Source: Oscillospiraceae bacterium | GTDB taxonomy: Bacteria > Bacillota > Clostridia > Oscillospirales > Oscillospiraceae | Direction of reading: 5' to 3' | Assembly: GCA_017411265.1 (NCBI GenBank) | Contig: JAFRDL010000050.1 | Coordinates: forward strand, 306 to 64,305 | DNA length: 64,000 nucleotides | In this document: one piece after another, positions 19,886-30,383 of the stretch | Numbering within the stretch: position 1 is the stretch's first letter | Layout of the letters: the number at the start of each line of letters is the position of its first letter | Notes under the pieces: generated by a model | Seen by the model: the letters and a program-made list of their open reading frames with translations, nothing else | Databases searched by the model: none | Told to the model about the DNA's origin: nothing | Program-made: the position numbers and the translations under genes

Positions 19886-19920
19886 AAAAACGCGCCCCCG
19901 ATCTCCTGCGATCGGGGGCG
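19885..19920 (-). terminator. Terminator of rnpB (hairpin shared with the end of the lipoprotein gene)
   Basis: CGCCCCCGAT...ATCGGGGGCG stem. The A6 run on the + strand (19885-19890) is a U-tail only when read on the minus strand. Confidence 0.7.
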
Positions 19921-19928
19921 TGCCATAT

Positions 19929-20283
19929 ACGACCAGATCTGTAAGCCGGGTTCTGTCTATGCAGCCATCTATCTAGGCGCGCCGTTGCCGACGCGCTCCA
20001 GCCGCCTCCTCGGGACGACCGGGCCGGTCTTTCTGTCCCTCCACGGCGTTGCTCCGGATAGAGTTTACAGCACCGTTCCGTCTCCGGACGATGGGTGAGC
20101 TCTTACCTCGCCTTTCCACCCTTACTGGAAGCGGACGAAGCCGTTTCCAGCGGTATATCTCTGTTGCACTTGTCCTGGGGTCACCCCCGGCGGGCGTTAC
20201 CCGTTATCCTTGCCCTGCGGAGCCCGGACTTTCCTCACGTACCTGCTTTCGCCGGGTACCCGCGGCTGCTTGATCTGCTCGCG
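19929..20283 (-). ncRNA. rnpB: RNase P RNA, bacterial type A
   Basis: The reverse complement contains the universal blocks GAGGAAAGTCCGGGCTCC, GGTAACGCC, AGTGCAACAGAGA, GGTAAGAGCTCACC, GTAAACTC and CCTAGATAGATGGCTGCATAGACAGAACCCGGCTTACAG. The 5' CGAGCAGATC can pair with the 3' GATCTGGTCG (P1). Ends are approximate, within about 5 nt. Confidence 0.93.
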
Positions 20284-20288
20284 GCGAT

Positions 20289-20317
20289 ATTCTACCCGGA
20301 ACGGTCCCGGTTGTCAA
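20289..20317 (-). promoter_or_regulatory. rnpB promoter, TTGACA-17 nt-TAGAAT (minus strand)
   Basis: Reverse complement of 20312-20317 is TTGACA and of 20289-20294 is TAGAAT, with a 17-nt spacer. This places the TSS about 7 nt upstream of the predicted P1 5' end. Confidence 0.7.
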
Positions 20318-20390
20318 CGAGGAATTTGGTTGAATTCTCCCCGAAACAAGCGTATACTACATAAGTTAGAAAACCTTTTGGAGGACTGAC

Positions 20391-21776
20391 ATGACACTGG
20401 ATGCTTACATAGACTCACTCCGGGGATCCCGGGTGGCGGTGGTCGGCCTCGGCGTGAGCAACCGACCTCTGCTGCGGCTGCTGCTCAGTCACGGCGTGGA
20501 CGTCACCGTCCGGGACAAGCGGACCCGGGAGAAATTCGGGGAGGAAGACGCCGCCGACCTGGAGAGCCGGGGCTGCCGTCTCCGTCTGGGGGCGGATTAT
20601 CTTGCCGAACTCACCGAGGACGTGATCTTCCGCACGCCCGGCCTGCATCCCTTCACGGCGGAGCTTGCGGAAGCAAAAGCCCGCGGAGCGGTGCTCACCT
20701 CGGAGATGGAGGCCTTTTTCGCCCTTTGCCCCTGCCGGATCATCGCCGTGACAGGATCGGACGGCAAGACCACCACGACCACGGTGATCTCCGAGCTGCT
20801 GAAGGCGGCGGGGTATACCGTCCATCTGGGCGGCAATATCGGCACGCCGCTTTTGGATCGGGTTCCGGTGATGGAGGCGAACCACTGGGCCGTTCTGGAG
20901 CTCAGCTCCTTTCAGCTGCACAGCATGATCTGTCGGCCGGATATCGCGGTCATCACCAATATCAGCCCCAATCATCTGGACATCCATCCCGACTATGAGG
21001 ACTATCAGGCCGCCAAAAAGCAGATCTTCCTCGGCCAGGGGGAGGGCGACGTGCTGGTGCTGAACGCGGACAATGACATCACCCGCTCCTTCGCCCCGGA
21101 GGCCAGGGGCGCCGTCCGCTTCTTTTCCCGCCGGGCGGAGCCGGAGAACGGCTGCTTCCTCCGGGACGGGGTCATTTACCGCGCCAGGGACGGCCGGACG
21201 TCCGTGCTGATGGACAGCGCGGAGATCCGGATCCCCGGTCTGCACAACGTGGAAAACTACATGGCGGCCTTTGCCGCCACCGAAGGGATCGTACCGGACG
21301 AGTGCTGCCGCCGGGTAGCCCGCACCTTCCCCGGAGTGGCTCACCGGCTGGAGATGATCCGCGTCCTCCGGGGCGTCACCTACTGCAACGATTCCATCGC
21401 TTCCAGTCCCACGAGGACCATCGCGGGACTTCACGCCCTCAAGCAAAAACCCATCCTTATCGCGGGCGGGTATGACAAGCATATTCCCTTCGACCAGCTG
21501 GGGGACGAGATCTGTCTCCATGTCAAGGAGCTGTTCCTTACCGGCTTCACCGCCGACAAGATCTTTGAAGCGGTGACCGCCTCGCCCCACTACGACCCCG
21601 AGAAGCTGCCCATCCATCGCGCGGAGGACTTCCGGGACGCGGTGCTGGCCGCCTCCGGCGCCGCCGGGGAGGGGGACATGGTGCTGCTGTCCCCGGCCTG
21701 CGCCTCCTTCGATCATTTTAAAAACTTTGAGGAGCGGGGGAACGCGTTCCGCCGCATCGTCATGGAATTGGAGTAA
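20391..21776 (+). CDS. murD: UDP-N-acetylmuramoylalanine--D-glutamate ligase
   Basis: 461 aa. N-terminal Rossmann VAVVGLGVSN and Mur ligase P-loop AVTGSDGKTTTTT. Confidence 0.95.
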   Translation: MTLDAYIDSLRGSRVAVVGLGVSNRPLLRLLLSHGVDVTVRDKRTREKFGEEDAADLESRGCRLRLGADYLAELTEDVIFRTPGLHPFTAELAEAKARGAVLTSEMEAFFALCPCRIIAVTGSDGKTTTTTVISELLKAAGYTVHLGGNIGTPLLDRVPVMEANHWAVLELSSFQLHSMICRPDIAVITNISPNHLDIHPDYEDYQAAKKQIFLGQGEGDVLVLNADNDITRSFAPEARGAVRFFSRRAEPENGCFLRDGVIYRARDGRTSVLMDSAEIRIPGLHNVENYMAAFAATEGIVPDECCRRVARTFPGVAHRLEMIRVLRGVTYCNDSIASSPTRTIAGLHALKQKPILIAGGYDKHIPFDQLGDEICLHVKELFLTGFTADKIFEAVTASPHYDPEKLPIHRAEDFRDAVLAASGAAGEGDMVLLSPACASFDHFKNFEERGNAFRRIVMELE

Positions 21777-21778
21777 AC

Positions 21779-22813
21779 ATGGAACTGAGAGAGACGATCG
21801 CCGCCCTTTGCGCCGCCCAGGGACCTTCGGGGTTCGAGGAAAAGGCCGCCTCTGCCGCGGCGGAGCTGCTCCGTCCGCTGGTGGACGAGCTGCATACGGA
21901 TACGCTGGGCAATCTCATCGGCTGGCGCCGCTGCGGGGAGGAGAACGCCCCCGCGGTCATGCTGGACGCCCATCTGGACCAGGTGGGCCTTATCGTCACC
22001 GGCTACGAGGGACGATTCCTTCGTTTTGCCCCCCTGGGCGGAGTGGATCCCCGGATCCTCCCGGCGCTGGAGGTGGAGCTCCTTACGAAGAGCGGGCCTC
22101 TTCCCGGCGTCATCGATGTGCTGCCGCCCCATGTCCTGTCCGAGGCGGATCGGAGCAAGCCGATCCCCATGGACAAGCTGTTCATCGACGCCGGCTTCGC
22201 ATCGGAGGAGGAGGCGCGCGCCGCCGTTCCCCAGGGTACGCCGGCATGCTACCGCACGCCCTGTTTTCCTCTGGGCGAGCATCAGCTCTGCTCCCGATCT
22301 CTGGATGACCGGAGCTGCGTTGCCATCCTGCTGGCCGTCATGGAGCGGACCCGGGAGAAAAGGCTTCGGGCGGATGTGGCGGTCCACCTGGCGGTCCAGG
22401 AGGAGGTGGGCGGACGGGGCGCTCTCCCCGGCACCTACGGCATCCATCCGGACTTCGGCGTCGCCCTGGACGTGACCTTCGGGAATACCCCGGACGCGCC
22501 CAGGGGGACGACGCTGAAAATGAACGGCGGGGCCGCCATCGGAGTGGGACCCGTGATGTCCCGGACGATCTCCGACCGGCTGGAGACTCTGGCCAGGGAG
22601 CGGGGGATCCCTTACCAGATCGAGGTCATGGGCCGGACCACCGGCACCGACGCCGACGAGATGCAGACCTCCCGGGAGGGGGTAGCCATGGGTGTGATCT
22701 CCCTGCCGCTGAAATACATGCATTCCCCGGTGGAGGTCATCGATCTGCGGGATGCGGAGGCCGTCACGGCGCTGCTTTGCGCCTGGCTGGAGACGCTGGG
22801 GGAGGAGGACTGA
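21779..22813 (+). CDS. M42 family metallopeptidase (FrvX / glutamyl aminopeptidase-like)
   Basis: 344 aa. MLDAHLDQVGLIVTG, SLDDRSCVAILL and QEEVGGRGA. A tandem paralog follows. Confidence 0.85.
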   Translation: MELRETIAALCAAQGPSGFEEKAASAAAELLRPLVDELHTDTLGNLIGWRRCGEENAPAVMLDAHLDQVGLIVTGYEGRFLRFAPLGGVDPRILPALEVELLTKSGPLPGVIDVLPPHVLSEADRSKPIPMDKLFIDAGFASEEEARAAVPQGTPACYRTPCFPLGEHQLCSRSLDDRSCVAILLAVMERTREKRLRADVAVHLAVQEEVGGRGALPGTYGIHPDFGVALDVTFGNTPDAPRGTTLKMNGGAAIGVGPVMSRTISDRLETLARERGIPYQIEVMGRTTGTDADEMQTSREGVAMGVISLPLKYMHSPVEVIDLRDAEAVTALLCAWLETLGEED

Positions 22814-22816
22814 ACC

Positions 22817-23845
22817 ATGCGGCAGATGTTGAAAACGCTTTGCGCCCTGTCCGGAGTTTCCGGCTGGGAGGATGAGGTCCGGGACTATATCCTGCAGCGG
22901 GCGCTGCCTCAGGCGGATGAAGTGGAGACCGACGCGCTGGGCAACCTCTATATCTTCAAAAAGGGCGCCGCCGCCCCGGCGCGTCCTATCATGATCTGCG
23001 CCCACATGGACGAGGTGGGCCTCATCATCACGGGCATCGACGACGACGGCTTTCTGCGTTTCGGCTTCGTGGGCGGCGTGGATCGCCGGGTGGTGCTGGG
23101 CAAGCGGGTGTTCGTGGGTCCCGACGCCGTCCCCGGCGTCATCGGGCTGAAGCCCAAGCACCTGTGCACGGACGAGGAGATGGAGAACACCGTCCCCGCG
23201 CTGGAATCGCTGTATGTGGATATCGGCGCGGCGAGTGCCGACGAGGCGCGGGAAAAGGTCCGTTTGGGCGATCGCGGCGTATTCGATCCCACCGTTTTCG
23301 AGTTCGGCGACGGCCTGCTCAAGGCCAAGGCTCTGGACGACCGGGTAGGCTGTGCGGCGGCGCTGAAGGTACTGGAGAAGGACCTGCCGATGGATACCTG
23401 GTTCGTCTTTTCGGTCCAGGAGGAACTGGGCAGCCGCGGCGCAGCTGTGGCCGCGGAGCGGATCCGTCCCGCCTATTCGATTATACTGGAGGGCACCACC
23501 GCCGCCGATGTGGGCGGCGTGAGTCACGGCCAGGAGATATGCTATCTGGGCCGGGGCCCCGTGATCCCCTTTATGGACCGGGGCACCATCGCGCCCCGGG
23601 ACTTCTGGGAGCGGGTGACCGCCATCGCGACGGAAAACGGCATCCCCTGGCAGGTCAAGGAGAAGATCGCCGGCGGTACGGATGCCTCCGCCATCCAGCG
23701 GCGGTGCGTCGGAGCCAAGGTCATCACCATATCCGCGCCGCTGCGGAACATCCATTCTCCTGCCAGCGTGGGGAAACTCAGCGACATCGAGCCGATCCCC
23801 CGGCTGTGCGCCCTGGTGCTGGAGGAACTGAGCCGTGGATTCTGA
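22817..23845 (+). CDS. M42 family metallopeptidase (second tandem copy)
   Basis: 342 aa. CAHMDEVGLIITG, ALDDRVGCAAAL and VQEELGSRGA. Confidence 0.85.
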   Translation: MRQMLKTLCALSGVSGWEDEVRDYILQRALPQADEVETDALGNLYIFKKGAAAPARPIMICAHMDEVGLIITGIDDDGFLRFGFVGGVDRRVVLGKRVFVGPDAVPGVIGLKPKHLCTDEEMENTVPALESLYVDIGAASADEAREKVRLGDRGVFDPTVFEFGDGLLKAKALDDRVGCAAALKVLEKDLPMDTWFVFSVQEELGSRGAAVAAERIRPAYSIILEGTTAADVGGVSHGQEICYLGRGPVIPFMDRGTIAPRDFWERVTAIATENGIPWQVKEKIAGGTDASAIQRRCVGAKVITISAPLRNIHSPASVGKLSDIEPIPRLCALVLEELSRGF

Positions 23846-25067
23846 GAGATTGCATGCCCTGTCCCGGCAGGTGGAGGATGACCTGCAAAACGTTTTCAAG
23901 GGCTTTGAGCGCACCGCCGAGGAAAATACCCGCCGGGTGCTGGAGGCCTTCCGCACCCACCGGGTCTCCGAGGCCTGTTTTGCCGGGACCACCGGCTACG
24001 GCTACGACGACCTGGGCCGGGAAACCCTGGAGAAGGTCTACGCGGACGTGTTCGGCGCGGAGGCGGCGCTGGTACGCACCACCTTCGTGAACGGCACCCA
24101 CGCCATCGCCTGCGCCCTGTACGGCGCCCTGATGCCCGGAGACGTGATGCTGTCCGTCACCGGCGCGCCCTATGACACCCTTCATTCGGCGATCACCGGC
24201 AGCGAGCGGGGATCGCTGGCCTCCTACGGCATCCGGTATGAGCAGCTGGAGCTGGCTCCGGACGGAGGCCCGGACTACGAGACGATCCGACGCCGGGTCC
24301 GGGAGCTTCGCCCCGCCGTGGTCTATGTCCAGCGGAGCCGGGGGTATGCCTCCCGGCGGGCGCTGTTCGTGGAGGAGATCGGCCGCATCGCGGAGACGGT
24401 AAAGGCCGTCAGCCCCGATTCCGCCGTGGTGGTGGACAACTGCTACGGGGAGTTCACGGATATCCGGGAGCCCTGCCACGCGGGCGCGGACCTCATGGCC
24501 GGGTCTCTCATCAAAAACCCCGGCGGCGGTCTGGCCCCCGCGGGTGGGTATGTGGCCGGACGGGCGGACCTGGTGGATAACGCCGCCGGCCGGCTCTCCC
24601 TGCCGGGGATCGGCGGGGAGTGCGGGGCCAGTCTGGGTGTGAACCGGCAGCTGTTCCAGGGCTTTTTCTTTGCCCCGCACACGGTCTCCCAGGCGCTGAA
24701 GACCGTTGCCTTTGCCGCCGGGATGCTCACCGCCCTGGGCTTTGAGAGCTTTCCGGAGGCGGATGCCAGGCGCTCCGACATCATCCAGACCATCCGCCTC
24801 CGTACGGCGGACAACCTGGTGAAGTTTTGCCAGGGGATCCAGAAGGGCTCTCCGGTGGACAGCTTCGCCGCGCCGGTGCCTGCGCCCATGCCGGGGTATG
24901 ACAGTCCCGTGGTGATGGCGGCGGGGACCTTTGTGCAGGGCGCGTCTCTGGAGCTCTCCTGCGACGGGCCGGTGCGGGAGCCGTACCTGGGCTTCCTGCA
25001 GGGTGGGCTCACCTATGAATCCGGCAAGCTGGGCGTGATGAGCGCGCTGTCTGAAATGCTGCTCTGA
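23835..25067 (+). CDS. YnbB-like PLP-dependent protein ('aluminium resistance' / Cys-Met metabolism family)
   Basis: 410 aa. TGYGYDDLGRETLEKVYADVFGAEAALVR and the SLIKNPGG Lys context. The GTG start overlaps the previous stop by 11 nt, so the exact start is uncertain. Confidence 0.8.
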   Translation: MDSERLHALSRQVEDDLQNVFKGFERTAEENTRRVLEAFRTHRVSEACFAGTTGYGYDDLGRETLEKVYADVFGAEAALVRTTFVNGTHAIACALYGALMPGDVMLSVTGAPYDTLHSAITGSERGSLASYGIRYEQLELAPDGGPDYETIRRRVRELRPAVVYVQRSRGYASRRALFVEEIGRIAETVKAVSPDSAVVVDNCYGEFTDIREPCHAGADLMAGSLIKNPGGGLAPAGGYVAGRADLVDNAAGRLSLPGIGGECGASLGVNRQLFQGFFFAPHTVSQALKTVAFAAGMLTALGFESFPEADARRSDIIQTIRLRTADNLVKFCQGIQKGSPVDSFAAPVPAPMPGYDSPVVMAAGTFVQGASLELSCDGPVREPYLGFLQGGLTYESGKLGVMSALSEMLL

Positions 25068-25085
25068 CGCATATACTGGCATACG

Positions 25086-27738
<2,653 letters not shown>

Positions 27739-27748
27739 AATGAAGATA

Positions 27749-27780
27749 AACCGCCCCGGCTTCGGCCGGGGCGGTTTTGG
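27749..27780 (+). terminator. Rho-independent terminator after ligA
   Basis: AACCGCCCCGGC-TTCG-GCCGGGGCGGTT followed by TTGGTTGTT. Confidence 0.8.
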
Positions 27781-27823
27781 TTGTTCCGATGGGGCTCTTG
27801 CGTTCGGCAGCGGAGAAGAAGAG

Positions 27824-28270
27824 TCATAAAGTGAACGCGTAAATGCACTCGTGCGTGTGTCCCGACTCGACGCGAAGATCGTGATCCTCGGGAAGCTCCG
27901 CGATTTCAAGCAATTCGCCGCCCAGGGATTCGCAGGTCTTTCTGGAAGGCAGGTTGTCGGGAGAGCAGGTGATATACAGACGATCCATCCCGTGCTTTCT
28001 TGCCAGGGCAAACAGCAGCCGGCACGCTTTCGCGGCATAATGACGGCCCCGGTACTTTTCGTCGATTTCGTATCCGATATGACCGCTGTAATACAGACTG
28101 TCGGAGTATCCGATCTTCAGGTCACAGTGTCCGACCGGATGGCCCTGCTTGTCGCGGATACGAAAACAGTATGCGGGAAAGCGCTTCCGCCGGGGATCTT
28201 CTTCCCGGGTCCTCTCCAGGACCAACCGGATCTCCTCATCCGCTAAAAAACCGGTATCGAAAAACTCCAT
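27824..28270 (-). CDS. GNAT family N-acetyltransferase
   Basis: 148 aa. GHIGYEIDEKYRGRHYAAKACRLLFALARKHGMDRLYITCSPDNLPSRKTCESLGG matches the acetyl-CoA-binding core (R/Q-x-x-G-x-G/A-like). GC is visibly lower than in neighbouring genes. Confidence 0.8.
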   Translation of the reverse strand: MEFFDTGFLADEEIRLVLERTREEDPRRKRFPAYCFRIRDKQGHPVGHCDLKIGYSDSLYYSGHIGYEIDEKYRGRHYAAKACRLLFALARKHGMDRLYITCSPDNLPSRKTCESLGGELLEIAELPEDHDLRVESGHTHECIYAFTL

Positions 28271-28426
28271 GACTCACTTCCTCCCACAACTCTCGTTTCC
28301 ATTTTGACAAAAAACGCTTAGAGGGTGCATTTGATTTTTGGGGGGTGCAAACGGCAAAGGGGGTTCATTTTGAACGATAGGGGTATGCTGGCACACTGAG
28401 ACCGCTTACCTGTTAGAGCAGTGATG

Positions 28427-28987
28427 TCATTTGTAATACTTCTCAATCCCGCCATACCCCATAATCAGCTTGTTGCGCTTTGTCTTGGAAATAAAACTGT
28501 TCAGCCGCTTCACAAACTCTTCAGGGCGATTTCTGGCTGCTTCAATATAGGCAATCCGAATGCGCTTGTAGGGCTCCGAAAAATGCTGGTAGTTATCCCA
28601 TGCGGTTTCGTCTTGCCTGATCATGTCCAGAATATCAGATGGGAAAACGAACGGAGCCTGAATGACGGGCAGGACGCTTTCCCTTACCTTCGGGTGAATC
28701 ATGCAGTGCTGATCCAGCCAGATCAGTCTCTCGATATTAGGCTGGGAGTATGGGCTCCCTTTCCTCCTCGGTGTAAAACGCTGTGCCCGATGCAGTTCAT
28801 CGATATGCTTAATAGTGCTGTCGATCCACCCGAAGCAGAGTGCTTCCTCAACGGCGTCATTGTAGGAGAGGCTTTTCTCCCCGGACTCCCGCATGGGGAA
28901 TACAAACCAGATTTCCGTTGCGGTTTCAAAATGCTCTGCGAGATACTTTCGCCATTCATTTCTGTCGCTTGTATAGAAAGTTTCCAT
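28427..28987 (-). CDS. YdeI/OmpD-associated (OmdA, DUF1801-related) family protein
   Basis: 186 aa. W..WL..H....E.W pattern (RNEWRKYLAEHFETATEIWFVF), ALCFGWIDS, and YKRIRIAYIEAARNRPEEFVKRL. This is the lowest-GC gene in the window. Confidence 0.75.
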   Translation of the reverse strand: METFYTSDRNEWRKYLAEHFETATEIWFVFPMRESGEKSLSYNDAVEEALCFGWIDSTIKHIDELHRAQRFTPRRKGSPYSQPNIERLIWLDQHCMIHPKVRESVLPVIQAPFVFPSDILDMIRQDETAWDNYQHFSEPYKRIRIAYIEAARNRPEEFVKRLNSFISKTKRNKLIMGYGGIEKYYK

Positions 28988-29050
28988 GATGTGCCATCAC
29001 CAATCATCATCAAACAGCGCAGACAGGCCCTCGGCCTTGACTGCTCTATC

Positions 29051-29079
29051 ATCATAGCACAAAAAATAAAGCACGGCAA
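29051..29079 (-). promoter_or_regulatory. Candidate promoter of the ydeI-like gene, TTGCCG-17 nt-TGcTATGAT (minus strand)
   Basis: The reverse complement of 29051-29059 is TGCTATGAT (extended -10). The -35-like TTGCCG is the reverse complement of 29074-29079 and lies inside the upstream hairpin. Confidence 0.4.
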
Positions 29080-29104
29080 TTCTATCAAAATTACCGTGCT
29101 TTTT
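29061..29104. terminator. Bidirectional-looking hairpin terminator (A-run / stem / T-run)
   Basis: AAAAAATAAAGCACGGCAATT-CTATCAA-AATTACCGTGCTTTTT. It has a U-tail whichever strand is read. Confidence 0.6.
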
Positions 29105-29216
29105 CTGGTAAAGGCGGAAGGATCCCCCGCCTGCGGGCGGGCCAGGTTTCGGCTCCGGAGCGCCCCCGGCGCTCCATTCACTCCCGCTCCCCTTCGAATC
29201 CCATTTTTCACCTTTC

Positions 29217-29255
29217 CCAAAAGAAAGACCCACCCTTACGGATGAGTCTTTCTTT
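29217..29255 (-). terminator. Terminator directly after tRNA-Ala
   Basis: On the minus strand: AAGAAAGAC-(loop)-GTCTTTCTTTT, starting 1 nt after the encoded CCA. Confidence 0.7.
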
Positions 29256-29331
29256 TGGTGGAGACGGAGGGATTCGAACCCTTGACCTTACGGATGCGAA
29301 CCGTACGCTCTCCCAACTGAGCTACGCCCCC
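29256..29331 (-). tRNA. tRNA-Ala (anticodon CGC), CCA encoded
   Basis: The reverse complement is GGGGGCGTAGCTCAGTTGGGAGAGCGTACGGTTCGCATCCGTAAGGTCAAGGGTTCGAATCCCTCCGTCTCCACCA. It folds as a cloverleaf by hand, with the G3:U70 Ala identity pair, anticodon loop TT-CGC-AT and T-loop TTCGAAT. There is one A:C mismatch at 49:65. Confidence 0.95.
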
Positions 29332-29365
29332 GAGTATTTCGCCCGCTTTTCAACAGGCAAAGTGG

Positions 29366-29393
29366 ATTATATCACATTTTTATGATTTGTAAA
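29366..29393 (-). promoter_or_regulatory. tRNA-Ala promoter, TTTACA-16 nt-TGaTATAAT (minus strand)
   Basis: The reverse complement of 29388-29393 is TTTACA and of 29366-29371 is TATAAT, preceded by TGA (extended -10). This leaves a leader of about 28 nt before the tRNA 5' end. Confidence 0.65.
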
Positions 29394-29536
29394 GCATAAA
29401 ATTTGCCCTGAAAACACGGATCGGAAAGGGGGGACTTGAAAAGAAAGGAATTTTATGTTAACATAAACTGTCAGTGACAAAAAGAACGGCCCCTTATGCC
29501 GTTCGACGGCAATCTGTTTTTGAGGAGTGAGTATCC

Positions 29537-30370
29537 TTGTCCATTCTGAACGCCATCTTCCTGGGCTTTGTCCAGGGCGTGGCTGAATTCCTGCCTATCT
29601 CCAGCTCCGGCCATCTGGCTGTGCTGCAGAATGTGTTTCATCTGCAGACCGCCGAGGAGGGGCACCTGTTTTTCGATGTGCTGCTTCATCTGGGGACGGT
29701 GGTCTCGATCGTCGTCGTATATTGGAAGGACATCGTATATATTGTCCGGGATACCGTGGATTTTCTCCGTACCGCCCGGTATACGGACCCGCAGGCGCGG
29801 AAGGAGCATCCCGGCGGGCGCTTTCTGCTGATGCTCATCATCGGCACGTTGCCCCTGTTTCTGATCCTGCCGTTCCACGACAGTCTGGAGCAGCTCTATT
29901 ACAGCACGGCCTTTATCGGCGCGGCCTTCATCATCACCGGCTGTGTGCTGTTCGTATCCGACCGCATGGCGCCGGGCCGAAAGAACGAACGAACCATGAA
30001 GATCACGGACGCTCTGATCATCGGCGTCTGCCAGGCCATCGCCACCATCCCCGGCATTTCCCGTTCCGGCTGCACCATCACCGCCGGCATCGCCACCGGA
30101 CAAAGCCGGGGATACGCCATGAAATACTCCCTGCTGATGAGCGTCCCCGCCGTGCTGGGGGCAAACCTTCTGTCTCTGGTCAAGGCGCTGAAAAACCATG
30201 TGGATTGGTCTTATCTCCCTGCGTACATCATCGGTACCGTCGTGGCCATGGTGGTGGGGTATGTGAGCATCCTCCTGTTGCAGCGGATCCTGAAAAAGGG
30301 TAAGTTCGGCAAATTCTCCTATTATCTCTGGGGCGTGGGCGCGCTGACGCTGATCGCCTCCCTGTTCTGA
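29537..30370 (+). CDS. uppP: Undecaprenyl-diphosphate phosphatase (UppP/BacA)
   Basis: 277 aa. TTG start with GAGGAG 9 nt upstream. Motifs GFVQGVAEFLPISSSGHL and PGISRSGCTI. Multi-pass membrane profile. Confidence 0.93.
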   Translation: MSILNAIFLGFVQGVAEFLPISSSGHLAVLQNVFHLQTAEEGHLFFDVLLHLGTVVSIVVVYWKDIVYIVRDTVDFLRTARYTDPQARKEHPGGRFLLMLIIGTLPLFLILPFHDSLEQLYYSTAFIGAAFIITGCVLFVSDRMAPGRKNERTMKITDALIIGVCQAIATIPGISRSGCTITAGIATGQSRGYAMKYSLLMSVPAVLGANLLSLVKALKNHVDWSYLPAYIIGTVVAMVVGYVSILLLQRILKKGKFGKFSYYLWGVGALTLIASLF

Positions 30371-30383
30371 GAGGGAATAACGT

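Noticed and set aside
16495-19926. A 1143-aa minus-strand ORF, and similar giants at 43014..45527, 47616..50153, 30228..32378, 21713..23992, 25849..28038, 41189..43066, 8787..10703 and 1854..3521.
   Set aside because: Each exactly shadows a strongly supported + strand gene (leuS, lon, scpB-dacB, ftsK, M42 peptidases, ligA, clpPX, smc, topA). Their translations are Gly/Arg/Pro/His/Leu-rich low-complexity strings with no motifs or RBS. Long antisense ORFs are expected in high-GC coding DNA.
28327-28341. The 15-mer GCATTTGATTTTTGG shared (with one extra T) with the tig promoter at 39660-39675, which could be a repeated regulatory element.
   Set aside because: At 39660 it is simply the -35 plus spacer of a TTGCAT-17-TATAAT promoter. 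At 28327 there is no -10 in either orientation. An AT-rich chance similarity is more likely.
29186-29205. A TTCGAATCC string resembling a tRNA T-loop (possible tRNA fragment or att scar).
   Set aside because: The flanking bases (CTCCCC / CATTT) cannot form a T-stem, and no acceptor-like sequence follows. This is a chance match to a 9-mer.
28997-29233. A 78-aa minus-strand ORF between tRNA-Ala and the ydeI-like gene.
   Set aside because: It reads straight through two hairpin terminators and the ydeI-like promoter, is Gly/Pro-rich in the GC-rich part, and has no RBS.
27824-29331. A possible integrative element inserted at tRNA-Ala.
   Set aside because: There is no integrase, recombinase or excisionase. 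I could not find a direct repeat of the tRNA 3' end (TTCGAATCCCTCCGTCTCCACCA) elsewhere in the interval. Only two small cargo-like genes are present.
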